Shown here: in pieces, positions 19,684 through 28,775 of the stretch
Layout: every line of letters starts with the position of its first letter
Position numbering within the stretch: position 1 is the stretch's first letter
Assembly: GCA_963768055.1 (NCBI GenBank)
Contig: CAVYGN010000002.1
Location: forward strand, 896,001 to 960,000
DNA from: an uncultured Spirochaetota bacterium
GTDB taxonomy: Bacteria; Spirochaetota; Brevinematia; Brevinematales; JAOACQ01
Direction: 5' to 3'
DNA: 64,000 bases
Translations under genes and position numbers: made by a program
The notes under the pieces: generated by a model
Databases searched by the model: none
Told to the model about the DNA's origin: nothing
What the model saw: only the letters and a program-made list of their open reading frames with translations

Positions 19684-19784
19684 AGTCAACAGTCAAGAAT
19701 CGATAGTCAGGAGTTAACTATCGACTGTAGGCTGTTGACTGCCGACTGTTAATTGTCGACTATCGGCTATCGACTCCTGACTAT
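19684..19784. repeat. Heptamer-periodic imperfect palindrome, family D
   Basis: Four AGTCnnn-like units then nine CTnnnGA-like units; 12-bp perfect IR ATAGTCAGGAGT (19703-14) / ACTCCTGACTAT (19773-84). Confidence 0.85.
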
Positions 19785-19860
19785 ATATCACAAGGTTTTG
19801 TTGTATTAATTTAAAGTGATATTTATAATAATATTAAGGACATGGAAAATAGGGAGTATT

Positions 19861-21723
19861 ATGGGAATCCTTAAGGATAAAAAAGAAAAGCTCGGCATAG
19901 ATTCGCTCGGATATGACGATCAGAGCAAATTATACAAGGATTTTGTCAACGTCGGAGGCAAAGTAATTGATTTGAAGGCCGGCCCCCAAAAGGTTTTAAA
20001 TGAACAACTTGAAAAATGGATTGATATAAGAGAAGATGAGCAGCAGAGGCGGCTCCTGGAAGAGCAGCAGAAAAATGAAGAGGAATCAATGCGCCGGAAG
20101 GCCCAGGCCAGCCGCGAAAGGCTTCAAAGCTTAATTAAAAAAAATACCGTGCCGCAAATGAAGACCGGCGGAGAAGAAACCAAATCCGAAATTAAAATAA
20201 AGAAGGTTAAAGAGCCGAATCCTACCCAGGATTATTTCAGCCGCCTCGCCGCCAAGATAGTATGTGTAATATATGGCGTTATCAGTTTCTGGGGAAATCA
20301 TTTTAACAGGAATTTTCTTGACCTGACTTTATATGATCTGAAAAACGGGCTTATCGAAAGCCAGCAAATCCTTGTTTCCATCCTGCACCAGGATAAAGAG
20401 TTTTCAACTGAAGTAAGAATGCAATTCAAGGAAAAAGGCTATCCCTTTTATTTCGAACTGTTATACCGCTATTACCTGATCTTTGACGATGAGGTATTTA
20501 ACCTTATCAGGGAATTAAGGACCGCGGATAACCCTATACAGCGCGGAAAATTTGCGTTTATTAAATTGTTCAAAAAGATCCTGGTATTATCCCGCTACCA
20601 TCCTTCCCTCATCAACGCGTTTTCAAGGGCGTTGTCGATGGAGAAAATCGCAAAGAAACTGACTGATAATGTCGTTGATTTCAATCTTAGAAAATTGTAT
20701 CGCACTTATCATTTTTTATTTTACAAGTATTATCCTAAAATTTTAAATCTTATAGATTACTATTATAAAGACGAGATTTTCCTGGGCAGGAACATCCCGT
20801 ATCCGGAATTCCTTGGAATAACAGAGATTGATAGCCTTGGTTATTATTCAAGGCTGTGGGACGAGGAAAGTGCAAGGGAAAGACAGAAGGCTGAGCAGAA
20901 AGAAAAAATAAAAACGCAAAAGACCTCTGAAGAGCCCTCGGAAGCCCAACCGGGCGGGGAAGAAGTTCAGGCAGGCATGGAAAACCTTCCTGAAGAAGTC
21001 GCCCTGGGTATAACAATGATCAAGGACAGGGTAAATTTTAAGGATGTCATTAAGTTTTATATGGATTCGAAAGATCCGAGGATGATTCTGCCTGTTTATG
21101 ATAAGGCTTTTCTTGCTTCGACTCTCCTGGAAACATTCGACAAGGAATATTCTTTTCTTTTTATTGCTTCAAATGTCCAGTTTAATATTTTTTTTGACAG
21201 GGGCCAGAGAAAGGACATTAAGAACATTCTTAAGGATCTTTACTTCCATATGGATGATATATATAAAAAAGTATATGAATACGTCAAAATCATCTCCGAG
21301 ATAAAAAAAACAAAAGAAGATGTGTTTATGCCGCCCAAAGATAAATTTTCAAGGAACCACCAGCTGAAATTTCAGAAAAGTGTAATTTCGAGATCGATAA
21401 GGACTCAAACGCAGATTTTAATGACCGATTTTAAAAACAATCTTCTTGTGGTGCTTTCGGATTATAAACAGGATAAGTTTTTTATCCAGAACCCCGATGA
21501 GGTTATTAATTATGAAACGAATGTCGCCGGCAAAAAAATGAGTCATAAAGAAACCATTGTTGACATTTTCAAGCTGGCTTATTACTACTCTTCAGCCCTG
21601 TCGTATCTGCTCCAGGACGGGGAGCTCAGCGGGGCATTTACCAATGTCAAGAAGCCCGTTTTTCTGGACGGCCTGACGGCGCCTGAAGAAGAAGACGAGG
21701 AGGAGGAAGCCTCCCTCGTTTAA
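19861..21723 (+). CDS. Large helical hypothetical protein with coiled-coil segments and acidic tail
   Basis: 620-aa ORF from the ATG with GGGAG RBS; no motif recognised. Confidence 0.8.
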   Translation: MGILKDKKEKLGIDSLGYDDQSKLYKDFVNVGGKVIDLKAGPQKVLNEQLEKWIDIREDEQQRRLLEEQQKNEEESMRRKAQASRERLQSLIKKNTVPQMKTGGEETKSEIKIKKVKEPNPTQDYFSRLAAKIVCVIYGVISFWGNHFNRNFLDLTLYDLKNGLIESQQILVSILHQDKEFSTEVRMQFKEKGYPFYFELLYRYYLIFDDEVFNLIRELRTADNPIQRGKFAFIKLFKKILVLSRYHPSLINAFSRALSMEKIAKKLTDNVVDFNLRKLYRTYHFLFYKYYPKILNLIDYYYKDEIFLGRNIPYPEFLGITEIDSLGYYSRLWDEESARERQKAEQKEKIKTQKTSEEPSEAQPGGEEVQAGMENLPEEVALGITMIKDRVNFKDVIKFYMDSKDPRMILPVYDKAFLASTLLETFDKEYSFLFIASNVQFNIFFDRGQRKDIKNILKDLYFHMDDIYKKVYEYVKIISEIKKTKEDVFMPPKDKFSRNHQLKFQKSVISRSIRTQTQILMTDFKNNLLVVLSDYKQDKFFIQNPDEVINYETNVAGKKMSHKETIVDIFKLAYYYSSALSYLLQDGELSGAFTNVKKPVFLDGLTAPEEEDEEEEASLV

Positions 21724-23069
21724 TTTTTCCCGGGTGCAGCCGAATATAGAGGGTCGAAAAGTTTATCGATTTCCTCCGGGGATATTCCTGTAAAAGCGTT
21801 TATCGCTTTCTTATATTCTTCCATGCTTAATAAGTTCATCTTTTCCATCAAGTGGTATAGTTTCTTTACCCTGTAATAACCGATCGCGGGGAGCAATGCG
21901 TTAAACATTACGTTTGAATGCACCAGATTCTTTTCTATCCTTTTGCTGTTGATTTCCATCAGCGGGAAAAAATTATCAAGCAGGGAACCGGTCATTTTTT
22001 TTATCCTGTCGTGTATATCTATAAAAGCCTCAACGATGAAAGGCAGGAAAGGGTTAAGCTGGAGCTGACCGTTTTTTGAATATTCCATTATCCCGTATGC
22101 GGCTGATTGCACGGCTATGGATAATCCCCTTGAATACTCAAGTATGACGGGATTTGTTTTTGCCGGCATAATAGTTGAACCGAACTGGAGTTCCGGGTGG
22201 GTGATTTCACCGGTTATAGAAGAAGTGTAAATGAGCAGGTCGCCTGTAATTTTAAAGATATTTTGTGCAAAAATACAGTAACCGGATGCCAGTTCAGACC
22301 ATTTGTCCTGGTTGGCTATTTCATCCGTAAGGTTCTGGCTCCGGCTCAGGGGCAGTCCTGTGAATTCCCTGAGATATTTTTCGGCAAGAAATATGTAATT
22401 CCTTGGCGCAGAAAAGCATGTTCCGATCGCCGTGCCGCCGAGCGCGATCAGGCGGATCCTTTCTTTAAGTTTATTAAGCCTCCACCGGTCGCGTTCTATC
22501 GGTCCCGCCCAGGAGGCAAATACCTGTCCGAGAGTTATCGGGAGTGCATCCTGCATTTCTGTCCTGCCTGTCATCAGGAGACTGCCGGTTTTGTTTTCTT
22601 TAATCGTAAGGACTTCCTGGAGCTTTATTACCAGGTTTTCTATCTCTGCGAGATGGCGGTAAAGCATAATTGTTACTGCTGTGGGAAAGGTGTCGTTTGT
22701 GGATTGATACCTGTTGATATCCGAAATCGGGTCGATCTTTATTTTTTCCCCTGTTTTTTTTAAAAACAGATCCGATGCCCTTCCGGAGATCACTTCGTTG
22801 ACATTCATATTAATGCTTGTGCCGGCCCCCCCCTGTTCAAGCGGTAGAGGAAAATCATTATCCAGACTCCCGGCGATGACTTCGTCAACAGCCTCGATAA
22901 CACAGTTAAAAATTTCATGCTCAAAAACTTTGCTCTGGTCCTGCATCGCGAAGAGGCAGCTTTTTTTAACCTCGCCGTATGCGCGAATGAGGTCCCTTCC
23001 TATAAATCCGTTTCCGAAATTCGACAGGGCTTTGACCGTTTCTTTGCCGTAATATTTCTTCAAGGGCAT
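21720..23069 (-). CDS. aspA: Aspartate ammonia-lyase / class II fumarase family protein
   Basis: QGGAGTSINMNVNEV, QSTNDTFPTA, GRTEMQDA.P, LGGTAIGT, signature loop GSTIMPAKTNP. Confidence 0.8.
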   Translation of the reverse strand: MPLKKYYGKETVKALSNFGNGFIGRDLIRAYGEVKKSCLFAMQDQSKVFEHEIFNCVIEAVDEVIAGSLDNDFPLPLEQGGAGTSINMNVNEVISGRASDLFLKKTGEKIKIDPISDINRYQSTNDTFPTAVTIMLYRHLAEIENLVIKLQEVLTIKENKTGSLLMTGRTEMQDALPITLGQVFASWAGPIERDRWRLNKLKERIRLIALGGTAIGTCFSAPRNYIFLAEKYLREFTGLPLSRSQNLTDEIANQDKWSELASGYCIFAQNIFKITGDLLIYTSSITGEITHPELQFGSTIMPAKTNPVILEYSRGLSIAVQSAAYGIMEYSKNGQLQLNPFLPFIVEAFIDIHDRIKKMTGSLLDNFFPLMEINSKRIEKNLVHSNVMFNALLPAIGYYRVKKLYHLMEKMNLLSMEEYKKAINAFTGISPEEIDKLFDPLYSAAPGKN

Positions 23070-23223
23070 ATTAAGCCTCCTTTGCAATTATAAAGCAGAA
23101 CAGGCATTCGGGTCTTTCGGCGATCAAAGACCTTCTTATAAACAATCTAAATCAATACAGGGGAATGCAGCCGCAGCATGACGATATGACTATTGTCATA
23201 GTATAAAGGCAAGGGATCAGCCC

Positions 23224-24090
23224 CTAATCTTGCTCCTCCAATAACTTATTCTTAAATAAAGAGAGTTTTTTCAATTGATCCTCGGTTATTTCCGGAAGGT
23301 TTAAATTTAAATTTTCCATTGTTTTTATAATAATTTCGGAGATCGCCAGCCGTGCAAACCATTTTTTATCGGAGGGAATAATATACCATGGCGCATAGGA
23401 AGCACCGGTTTCCCTGATTACTTCCCCGTAACATTTCATGTAATGATCCCAATAGGCCCGTTCGGCAACATCGGCTTCGGAAAACTTCCAATTTTTCGAA
23501 GGATCTTCAATGCGAGACAGTAACCGCTGCCTTTGTTCCTCTTTGGAAATATGTAAAAAGAACTTGACCGGTATAATTCCGTTTTCAAATAAATACCGTT
23601 CAAAATCCCTGATTTCACGGAACCTGTTCTTCCAGAGATCTCCCGAAATCAAATCCGGCGGGATTTTTTCTTTTTTTATCATGTTATGGACCCGCACCAC
23701 TAATACTTCCTCGTAATAGGAGCGGTTAAATATTCCGATGCATCCGCGTTCCGGCAAGCACCTGGAGACCCGCCATAAGTAATCATGGTTTAGCTCTTGC
23801 GATGAGGGCTGTTTAAAACTATAGACCTGGGTGCTTTGGGGATTTAGCCCGCTCATGACATGTTTAATTGCACCGTCTTTTCCCGCCGTATCCATCGCTT
23901 GAAAAATTATCAAAACCGCATATGAGTTTACTGCATAAAGACGGTACTGGAGTTCGATCATTTTCTTTATATTAATAGTCAGGGCTTTTTCGGCGTCTTC
24001 CTTATCTTTAAAATCCCCTGTATCTTTGGGGTCTATTTTTGCTAAATTTAAGCCTTTTTCCTCACTCGACCTGAACCTGGATATATTCAT
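23224..24090 (-). CDS. ppk2: Polyphosphate kinase 2, probably class III
   Basis: QAMDTAGKDG Walker A, FKQPS, FNRSYYEEVLVVRVH, KFFLHISK, WKFS..D. Confidence 0.92.
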   Translation of the reverse strand: MNISRFRSSEEKGLNLAKIDPKDTGDFKDKEDAEKALTINIKKMIELQYRLYAVNSYAVLIIFQAMDTAGKDGAIKHVMSGLNPQSTQVYSFKQPSSQELNHDYLWRVSRCLPERGCIGIFNRSYYEEVLVVRVHNMIKKEKIPPDLISGDLWKNRFREIRDFERYLFENGIIPVKFFLHISKEEQRQRLLSRIEDPSKNWKFSEADVAERAYWDHYMKCYGEVIRETGASYAPWYIIPSDKKWFARLAISEIIIKTMENLNLNLPEITEDQLKKLSLFKNKLLEEQD

Positions 24091-25109
24091 GATACCATTC
24101 CTCCTCTTACCGTACGGGAAACGGAGTCCCCCCTGTCTTTAAGTATGTACTTTCCCCCGGATTTGGCGCGCAGCTCAAGACAACTTATACATTTAATCCC
24201 GTCTTCATCGATGCATGCTTTACCGGGATAGAGGGAGTAATCTTTTCTATAGGGAAGGGGAGTGATATTTGGCATAAGGACGTTGGCGCCCGACGAGAGG
24301 ATCTTTTCGCGCCCCTGGGGGTCGATACTGCCTGCCGCAGTTGTTGCCGGGATGTTGGACCGGGGAAGGAGAAGCCTTACAAGCGCGACAGCACGGATCG
24401 TAAGTTCCAGGCCGGGGTTTGCCGTGCCTTTCAATGGCGTGTCAGGGTGAGGGATAAAAGGGCCTATTCCCACCATATCGAGTTCAAGTTCGCGGCATAA
24501 CAGGGCGTTTTGTATCCTGATTTCCTCGGTTTCACCCGGCAGGCCAACCATATAGCCGGAGCCGACTTCATAATCTGCTTCCTTAAGATCATAAAGGGCT
24601 TTTAGTCGCGATTCAAGCGTAATGCCGGAGCGCAGATAAATATGCAGTCCGGGGTCGGATGTTTCAAACCGGAGCAGGTAGCGGTCCGCACCGGCCTTTT
24701 TAAACCTTTGATAATCCTCTTTCTTTCTTATTCCGCATGACAGGGTCAGGGCAGCCTTCCCCCCGGTCGCGTTTTTTATCTTTTCAATGAGCCTTGTCAG
24801 TACTGCAGCCGAGTAATAAAGGTCTTCACCGCTTTGAAGTACAAAGGTTAAAAGGCCTGACTCGAACCCCTTTCTAACCGTTTTAATAATAAGATCATCC
24901 GGCAACCTGTACCGGTTAACTCTTGCATTGCTTTTGCGTATCCCGCAATAAAGGCAGTCTCTTGAACAGAAATTGGAGAATTCTATCAGTCCCCTCAGAA
25001 AAATACCGCCGCGGTTGTTTGCATGCGATACTTCTTCTGCTTTTTTAGACAATTCTTCAAGCCCGGAAGTTTTATAAAAGTCTACGATCGATTTAATATC
25101 GGAATTCAT
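24087..25109 (-). CDS. hydE: [FeFe]-hydrogenase maturase HydE
   Basis: RGLIEFSNFCSRDCLYC, YLLRFET, GIGPFIPHP.TP, PATTA, GANVLMPN.TP, Y.LYPGK. Confidence 0.9.
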   Translation of the reverse strand: MNSDIKSIVDFYKTSGLEELSKKAEEVSHANNRGGIFLRGLIEFSNFCSRDCLYCGIRKSNARVNRYRLPDDLIIKTVRKGFESGLLTFVLQSGEDLYYSAAVLTRLIEKIKNATGGKAALTLSCGIRKKEDYQRFKKAGADRYLLRFETSDPGLHIYLRSGITLESRLKALYDLKEADYEVGSGYMVGLPGETEEIRIQNALLCRELELDMVGIGPFIPHPDTPLKGTANPGLELTIRAVALVRLLLPRSNIPATTAAGSIDPQGREKILSSGANVLMPNITPLPYRKDYSLYPGKACIDEDGIKCISCLELRAKSGGKYILKDRGDSVSRTVRGGMVS

Positions 25110-25885
25110 GTTTTTCTGTATACTACGGAAGCGGAAGCCTGGTGGAGCGGCAAAAGCGTGATCTCGGCTATCTGTACGTTTTCCGGCGCGGAAACGGCAT
25201 AAATTACAGCATCGGCTATGTCATCAGCGTTAAGAGGTTTTATACCCTTGTAAAAATTTTTAGCCTGGTTTTCATTCCCATGGAACCGGACTATGCCGAA
25301 CTCTGTTTCGGCGAAACCGGGCTGAACATTTGTGACCTTAACCGGACGGTCTACAACTTCCATCCTTACAGAGTCGGAGATAAAACGCACTGCCGCTTTT
25401 GTCGCACAATATACCGCCCCGTTAGGGTATGCCTGTGTACCGGCGATAGAACCTATATTAATAATATGGGCCGGATGATCCGCCGGAAGAAGCTGTAAAA
25501 AAATCCGGGTTATATAAAGGAGCCCCTTTATATTTGTATCGATCATCGTATCCCAGTCATCGGTAATGCCGTCCTGAACTTTTTCAAAACCGAGGGCCAG
25601 GCCTGCGTTATTGATGAGGATGTCGATTTTCTTCCATTCTGCGGGAAGATTGTTAAACCAGTATTCGACGGATTCGCAGTCCCTAACATCGAGTTTTCCC
25701 GAATAAATATTCGTATGGAAACGGCGTTTCAGATCCAATGAAATTTCATTTAACTTTTCGATCCTTCTGGCGCAAAGGATAAGGCGGCATCCCGCTTTCG
25801 CAAATTTCTCCGCGAATGCTTTGCCGAAGCCGCTTGATGCGCCGGTAATAAAAACCGTCTTACCATCGAGTACATTATTTGGCAT
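25106..25885 (-). CDS. YdfG-like NADP-dependent 3-hydroxy-acid/serine dehydrogenase (classical SDR)
   Basis: TGASSGFG, ARR, NNAGLALG, GSIAG, YCATK, PGFAETEF..VRF.G. Confidence 0.88.
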   Translation of the reverse strand: MPNNVLDGKTVFITGASSGFGKAFAEKFAKAGCRLILCARRIEKLNEISLDLKRRFHTNIYSGKLDVRDCESVEYWFNNLPAEWKKIDILINNAGLALGFEKVQDGITDDWDTMIDTNIKGLLYITRIFLQLLPADHPAHIINIGSIAGTQAYPNGAVYCATKAAVRFISDSVRMEVVDRPVKVTNVQPGFAETEFGIVRFHGNENQAKNFYKGIKPLNADDIADAVIYAVSAPENVQIAEITLLPLHQASASVVYRKT

Positions 25886-25956
25886 TTTTACCTCCTTAAC
25901 ACGATAAATCGGTGCTTGTACCAGTAGGGCACGTAGGGCCCGCAGGGAGAAGCGCC

Positions 25957-27360
25957 CTAAAAATATATATCCCTTTCGCCGTTTTCGATTTTTACAAGGA
26001 CTTCTTTCATTTTTTGTTTGAGCTGTAGTTTATCTACATTGAATATAAGCCTATTTATAAGTTTTGTTCCCTTTTCCCTTGTCGGCGGGAAGGCGTAATC
26101 GCTGAGATATTCCTTGAAGGTAAAGACAGCGTTGGGAAAGCAAAACTCTTTTATGAGGCCCGGTTTGGCCAGGTCCATGAAATCATGTCCGACCCTTCCC
26201 CGTCTGTAACATCCAGTGCAAAAAGAGGGCACATAACCGTCGTCTATAAGTCCGGATATGACCTCGTCAAGGGATCTGTGATCTCCAAGGGAAAACTGGC
26301 TTCCCGTATCGGCCCCGCTACCTCCGTAAGCCCCGGGATTTGTCCGGGATCCTGCGGATATCTGGCTTATCCCGTAATGGAAAAGTTCAGTACGGAGTTT
26401 TTCACTCTCACGTGTTGAAAGAATTATGCCGGTGTAAGGCAGGGCGATCCTTATAATAGATACAAGCTTTTTAAAATCCTCGTCGCTGACAGGATGGGGT
26501 ATATGCCTTGAAAGGGGCGCCCCGTCAGCCGGTTCGATCCTTGGAACGCTGACAGTATGCGGGCCGCATCCGAAAGTTTTTTCAAGATGGGAGGCATGTT
26601 CCATAAGCGAGAGGACTTCGAACCTGTAATCCGCCAGTCCGAAAAGAGCACCTATGCCTACATCGTCAATTCCGCCCTCCATGGCCCTGTCCATAACCGA
26701 TAACCGCCATTCGAAATCAGCTTTTTTCCCTGTGGGATGATATTTTTGATACAGGACCTCGTCGTAAGTTTCCTGGAAGCAGACATATGTGCCTATCTTC
26801 TCCGACTTAAGTTTCGCGAAACTTTCAGTGTCCTGAGGAGCGATCTCAATATTGATCCTTCTTACATAAGCTTTATTTTCCCGGGCCGTATAGGCTGTCC
26901 TTATAGAGGAGATAAAATAATCGAGCGGGAGGTCTTCGGTTTCACCGCAGAGCATGAGTATTCTTTTATGGCCCTGTTTCAGGAGCGACTTGACCTCCTC
27001 TTCTATTCCGGACAGAGTGAGGTTTATCCTTTTAATAGATACGTTGTCCTTGCGAAAGGCGCAGTAAAGGCAATTATTCGAACACTTGTTGCCTATATAA
27101 AGGGGCGCGAACAGCACGATCCTGTTTCCATAAATTTCCTGCTTGATAAGGTTTGCGGCCTTGAACAGTTTTTCCATCTGTTCTTTTCCTTTTATCTGGA
27201 GAAGAGCCGACACTTCTTTAAGATTCAAGCCTTTGAGCTTCATCGCCTTATTCAATATTTCATCAAGTTCGCCGGCGTCCGGTTCCCGCCGGACAGACAG
27301 CTCGTAAAGATAGGCCCTGTCAATGAAATTCTTTTGGGTCTGTGTCAATCGTGGGTTCAT
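25957..27360 (-). CDS. hydG: [FeFe]-hydrogenase maturase HydG
   Basis: FAPLY...CSNNCLYC, FQETY, GPHTVSVPR, C-terminal CTGC-x22-C auxiliary cluster motif that distinguishes it from ThiH, GERDIYF. Confidence 0.95.
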   Translation of the reverse strand: MNPRLTQTQKNFIDRAYLYELSVRREPDAGELDEILNKAMKLKGLNLKEVSALLQIKGKEQMEKLFKAANLIKQEIYGNRIVLFAPLYIGNKCSNNCLYCAFRKDNVSIKRINLTLSGIEEEVKSLLKQGHKRILMLCGETEDLPLDYFISSIRTAYTARENKAYVRRINIEIAPQDTESFAKLKSEKIGTYVCFQETYDEVLYQKYHPTGKKADFEWRLSVMDRAMEGGIDDVGIGALFGLADYRFEVLSLMEHASHLEKTFGCGPHTVSVPRIEPADGAPLSRHIPHPVSDEDFKKLVSIIRIALPYTGIILSTRESEKLRTELFHYGISQISAGSRTNPGAYGGSGADTGSQFSLGDHRSLDEVISGLIDDGYVPSFCTGCYRRGRVGHDFMDLAKPGLIKEFCFPNAVFTFKEYLSDYAFPPTREKGTKLINRLIFNVDKLQLKQKMKEVLVKIENGERDIYF

Positions 27361-27616
27361 TGTTATCCTCCCTGTATTTGGTCAAAATAGATTTGACCTG
27401 GATTCCTTCAAGTTTACCGATTTTTCCTGTCAGGGAGCCTATCTGGTCCGTGTCGCCCTCTATGATAAGGGATATGACGCTTATGCCTCTGTCGCGCATT
27501 GGGATTCCCATCCTGCCGACAATGATGTCGCTGTGCCCGGAGAGAATGGTGTTGAGTTGTTGTATGTGCTTTCGGTCGTTAACCAGTATAGCGATGACGC
27601 CGATTCTCTTTTCCAT
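27320..27616 (-). CDS. TM1266-family iron-only hydrogenase system putative regulator
   Basis: KRIGVIAILV, IVGRMGIP, LTGKIGKL.GIQVKS; directly upstream of hydG. Confidence 0.9.
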   Translation of the reverse strand: MEKRIGVIAILVNDRKHIQQLNTILSGHSDIIVGRMGIPMRDRGISVISLIIEGDTDQIGSLTGKIGKLEGIQVKSILTKYREDNNEPTIDTDPKEFH

Positions 27617-27695
27617 CAGATATCTCCTCAGGATTAGCAAGACCTTTATTGAGGCTCCTTGAAACAGCGAAGTACCGTTTCTTCAGAGACAGAGG

Positions 27696-27724
27696 ATTTT
27701 AGAATGAAGGATGATTAATTGCAA
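27696..27724 (-). promoter_or_regulatory. Sigma70-type promoter of the hyd cluster
   Basis: TTGCAA-17bp-TAAAAT on the minus strand. Confidence 0.6.
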
Positions 27725-27736
27725 ATAATTTTCAGT

Positions 27737-28606
27737 TCAGCGGACGTTCGAAACTTCGGCGAGCTCAGTATAAGTACCGTCGCCCGACGGTGCCTTGACT
27801 TTGACGACAAGTTTTCTATCCGAATCCTCTAACCAGTACCCTATGTTTTTAATGATAGGTCCCAGGAGCTTGTCTATAAAAGGGTCCGCCTCGGACCATC
27901 CCAGTCTGACTGTTTTGTAAGATCCATTAGCGGTTTGTATCGTCTCTTTTGATTGGATCGTGTAGGTATTGGGCATGGGTTCCTTCATATATTCCGGCGC
28001 TGCCGCATAAACGATTCCCCCTTTCCGGAAATCCAGGAAGCGCAATGAATAAAACATGAAAGCCTCTCCTTCCCAGACCGGAAAACCGGGTTTTATTTTT
28101 ACATAAACCCTGCTCTCGTTCGTCCGGCTGTTCAATACGGATCTTGTATTAAATTCCACACGGCCTTTATCGCTTTCAAGTTTATAATGCTCGTAAAGAA
28201 GATTTCCCATCCCGTATTTTTGCATGCTCTGCATTTCTTGTTTATTTGTTGCAAAGTACTGGTCACCCTCAAGGACCGAACCGGAACGCGGGTCTATCAG
28301 GAAGCGGGTCGGCCAGTCCGTGTAATTACCAGGCTCTCTATTCGATAAGGTGACGCTTATATTTTTAATATAGATCTTATATAAAACCGCTTCGGAAGAA
28401 TTGGATATTATCCTCGTAACGGCGTACTCATCCGAAATCTTTTCTCCGCCTGTATAATTGACGTAATGAAGGTATTCGCCGTCAGGAATTCCTATTGTGG
28501 AACACGGTTTCATGGGGACTTTCCGGTACACTTCCTTAGCGCAATCATTTAGAACGATTAATGCCGGAAGCAATATAAATAGAGCGATTATTGAATTCCT
28601 TTTCAT
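27737..28606 (-). CDS. Exported lipoprotein, DUF3108-like
   Basis: Signal peptide with LNDC; GEYLHY, ETIQTANGSYKT, YWLEDSDRKLVVK. Confidence 0.7.
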   Translation of the reverse strand: MKRNSIIALFILLPALIVLNDCAKEVYRKVPMKPCSTIGIPDGEYLHYVNYTGGEKISDEYAVTRIISNSSEAVLYKIYIKNISVTLSNREPGNYTDWPTRFLIDPRSGSVLEGDQYFATNKQEMQSMQKYGMGNLLYEHYKLESDKGRVEFNTRSVLNSRTNESRVYVKIKPGFPVWEGEAFMFYSLRFLDFRKGGIVYAAAPEYMKEPMPNTYTIQSKETIQTANGSYKTVRLGWSEADPFIDKLLGPIIKNIGYWLEDSDRKLVVKVKAPSGDGTYTELAEVSNVR

Positions 28607-28630
28607 TTATGTTCCTTATTGATTCATTAA

Positions 28631-28710
28631 TGTCATTTCGAGCCCCCCTTTGTAAGGGCGGGGCGAGAAATCTTCCCTGCGACTTTCCTTTCAGCAGCTT
28701 CGAAACGAAG
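28631..28710. repeat. REP-like palindromic element, family B copy 2 (decayed right end)
   Basis: TGTCATTTCGAG and CGAGAAATCTT identical to copy 1; different internal hairpin; right end TTCGAAACGAA. Confidence 0.7.
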
Positions 28711-28775
28711 AATAAAGATATTATACATTCCTTATTTAACGGAGTGCAATAGGTATTTTATCCTATATGACAGGA

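Noticed and set aside
19684..19784. Heptamer array as CRISPR or iteron origin
   Set aside because: Units are 7 bp, degenerate and lack spacers; no rep or cas gene nearby.
25957..27360. ThiH or BioB instead of HydG/HydE
   Set aside because: The C-terminal Cx2Cx22C motif, HydE-type motifs and the TM1266 neighbour support Hyd maturases; no thi or bio genes adjacent.
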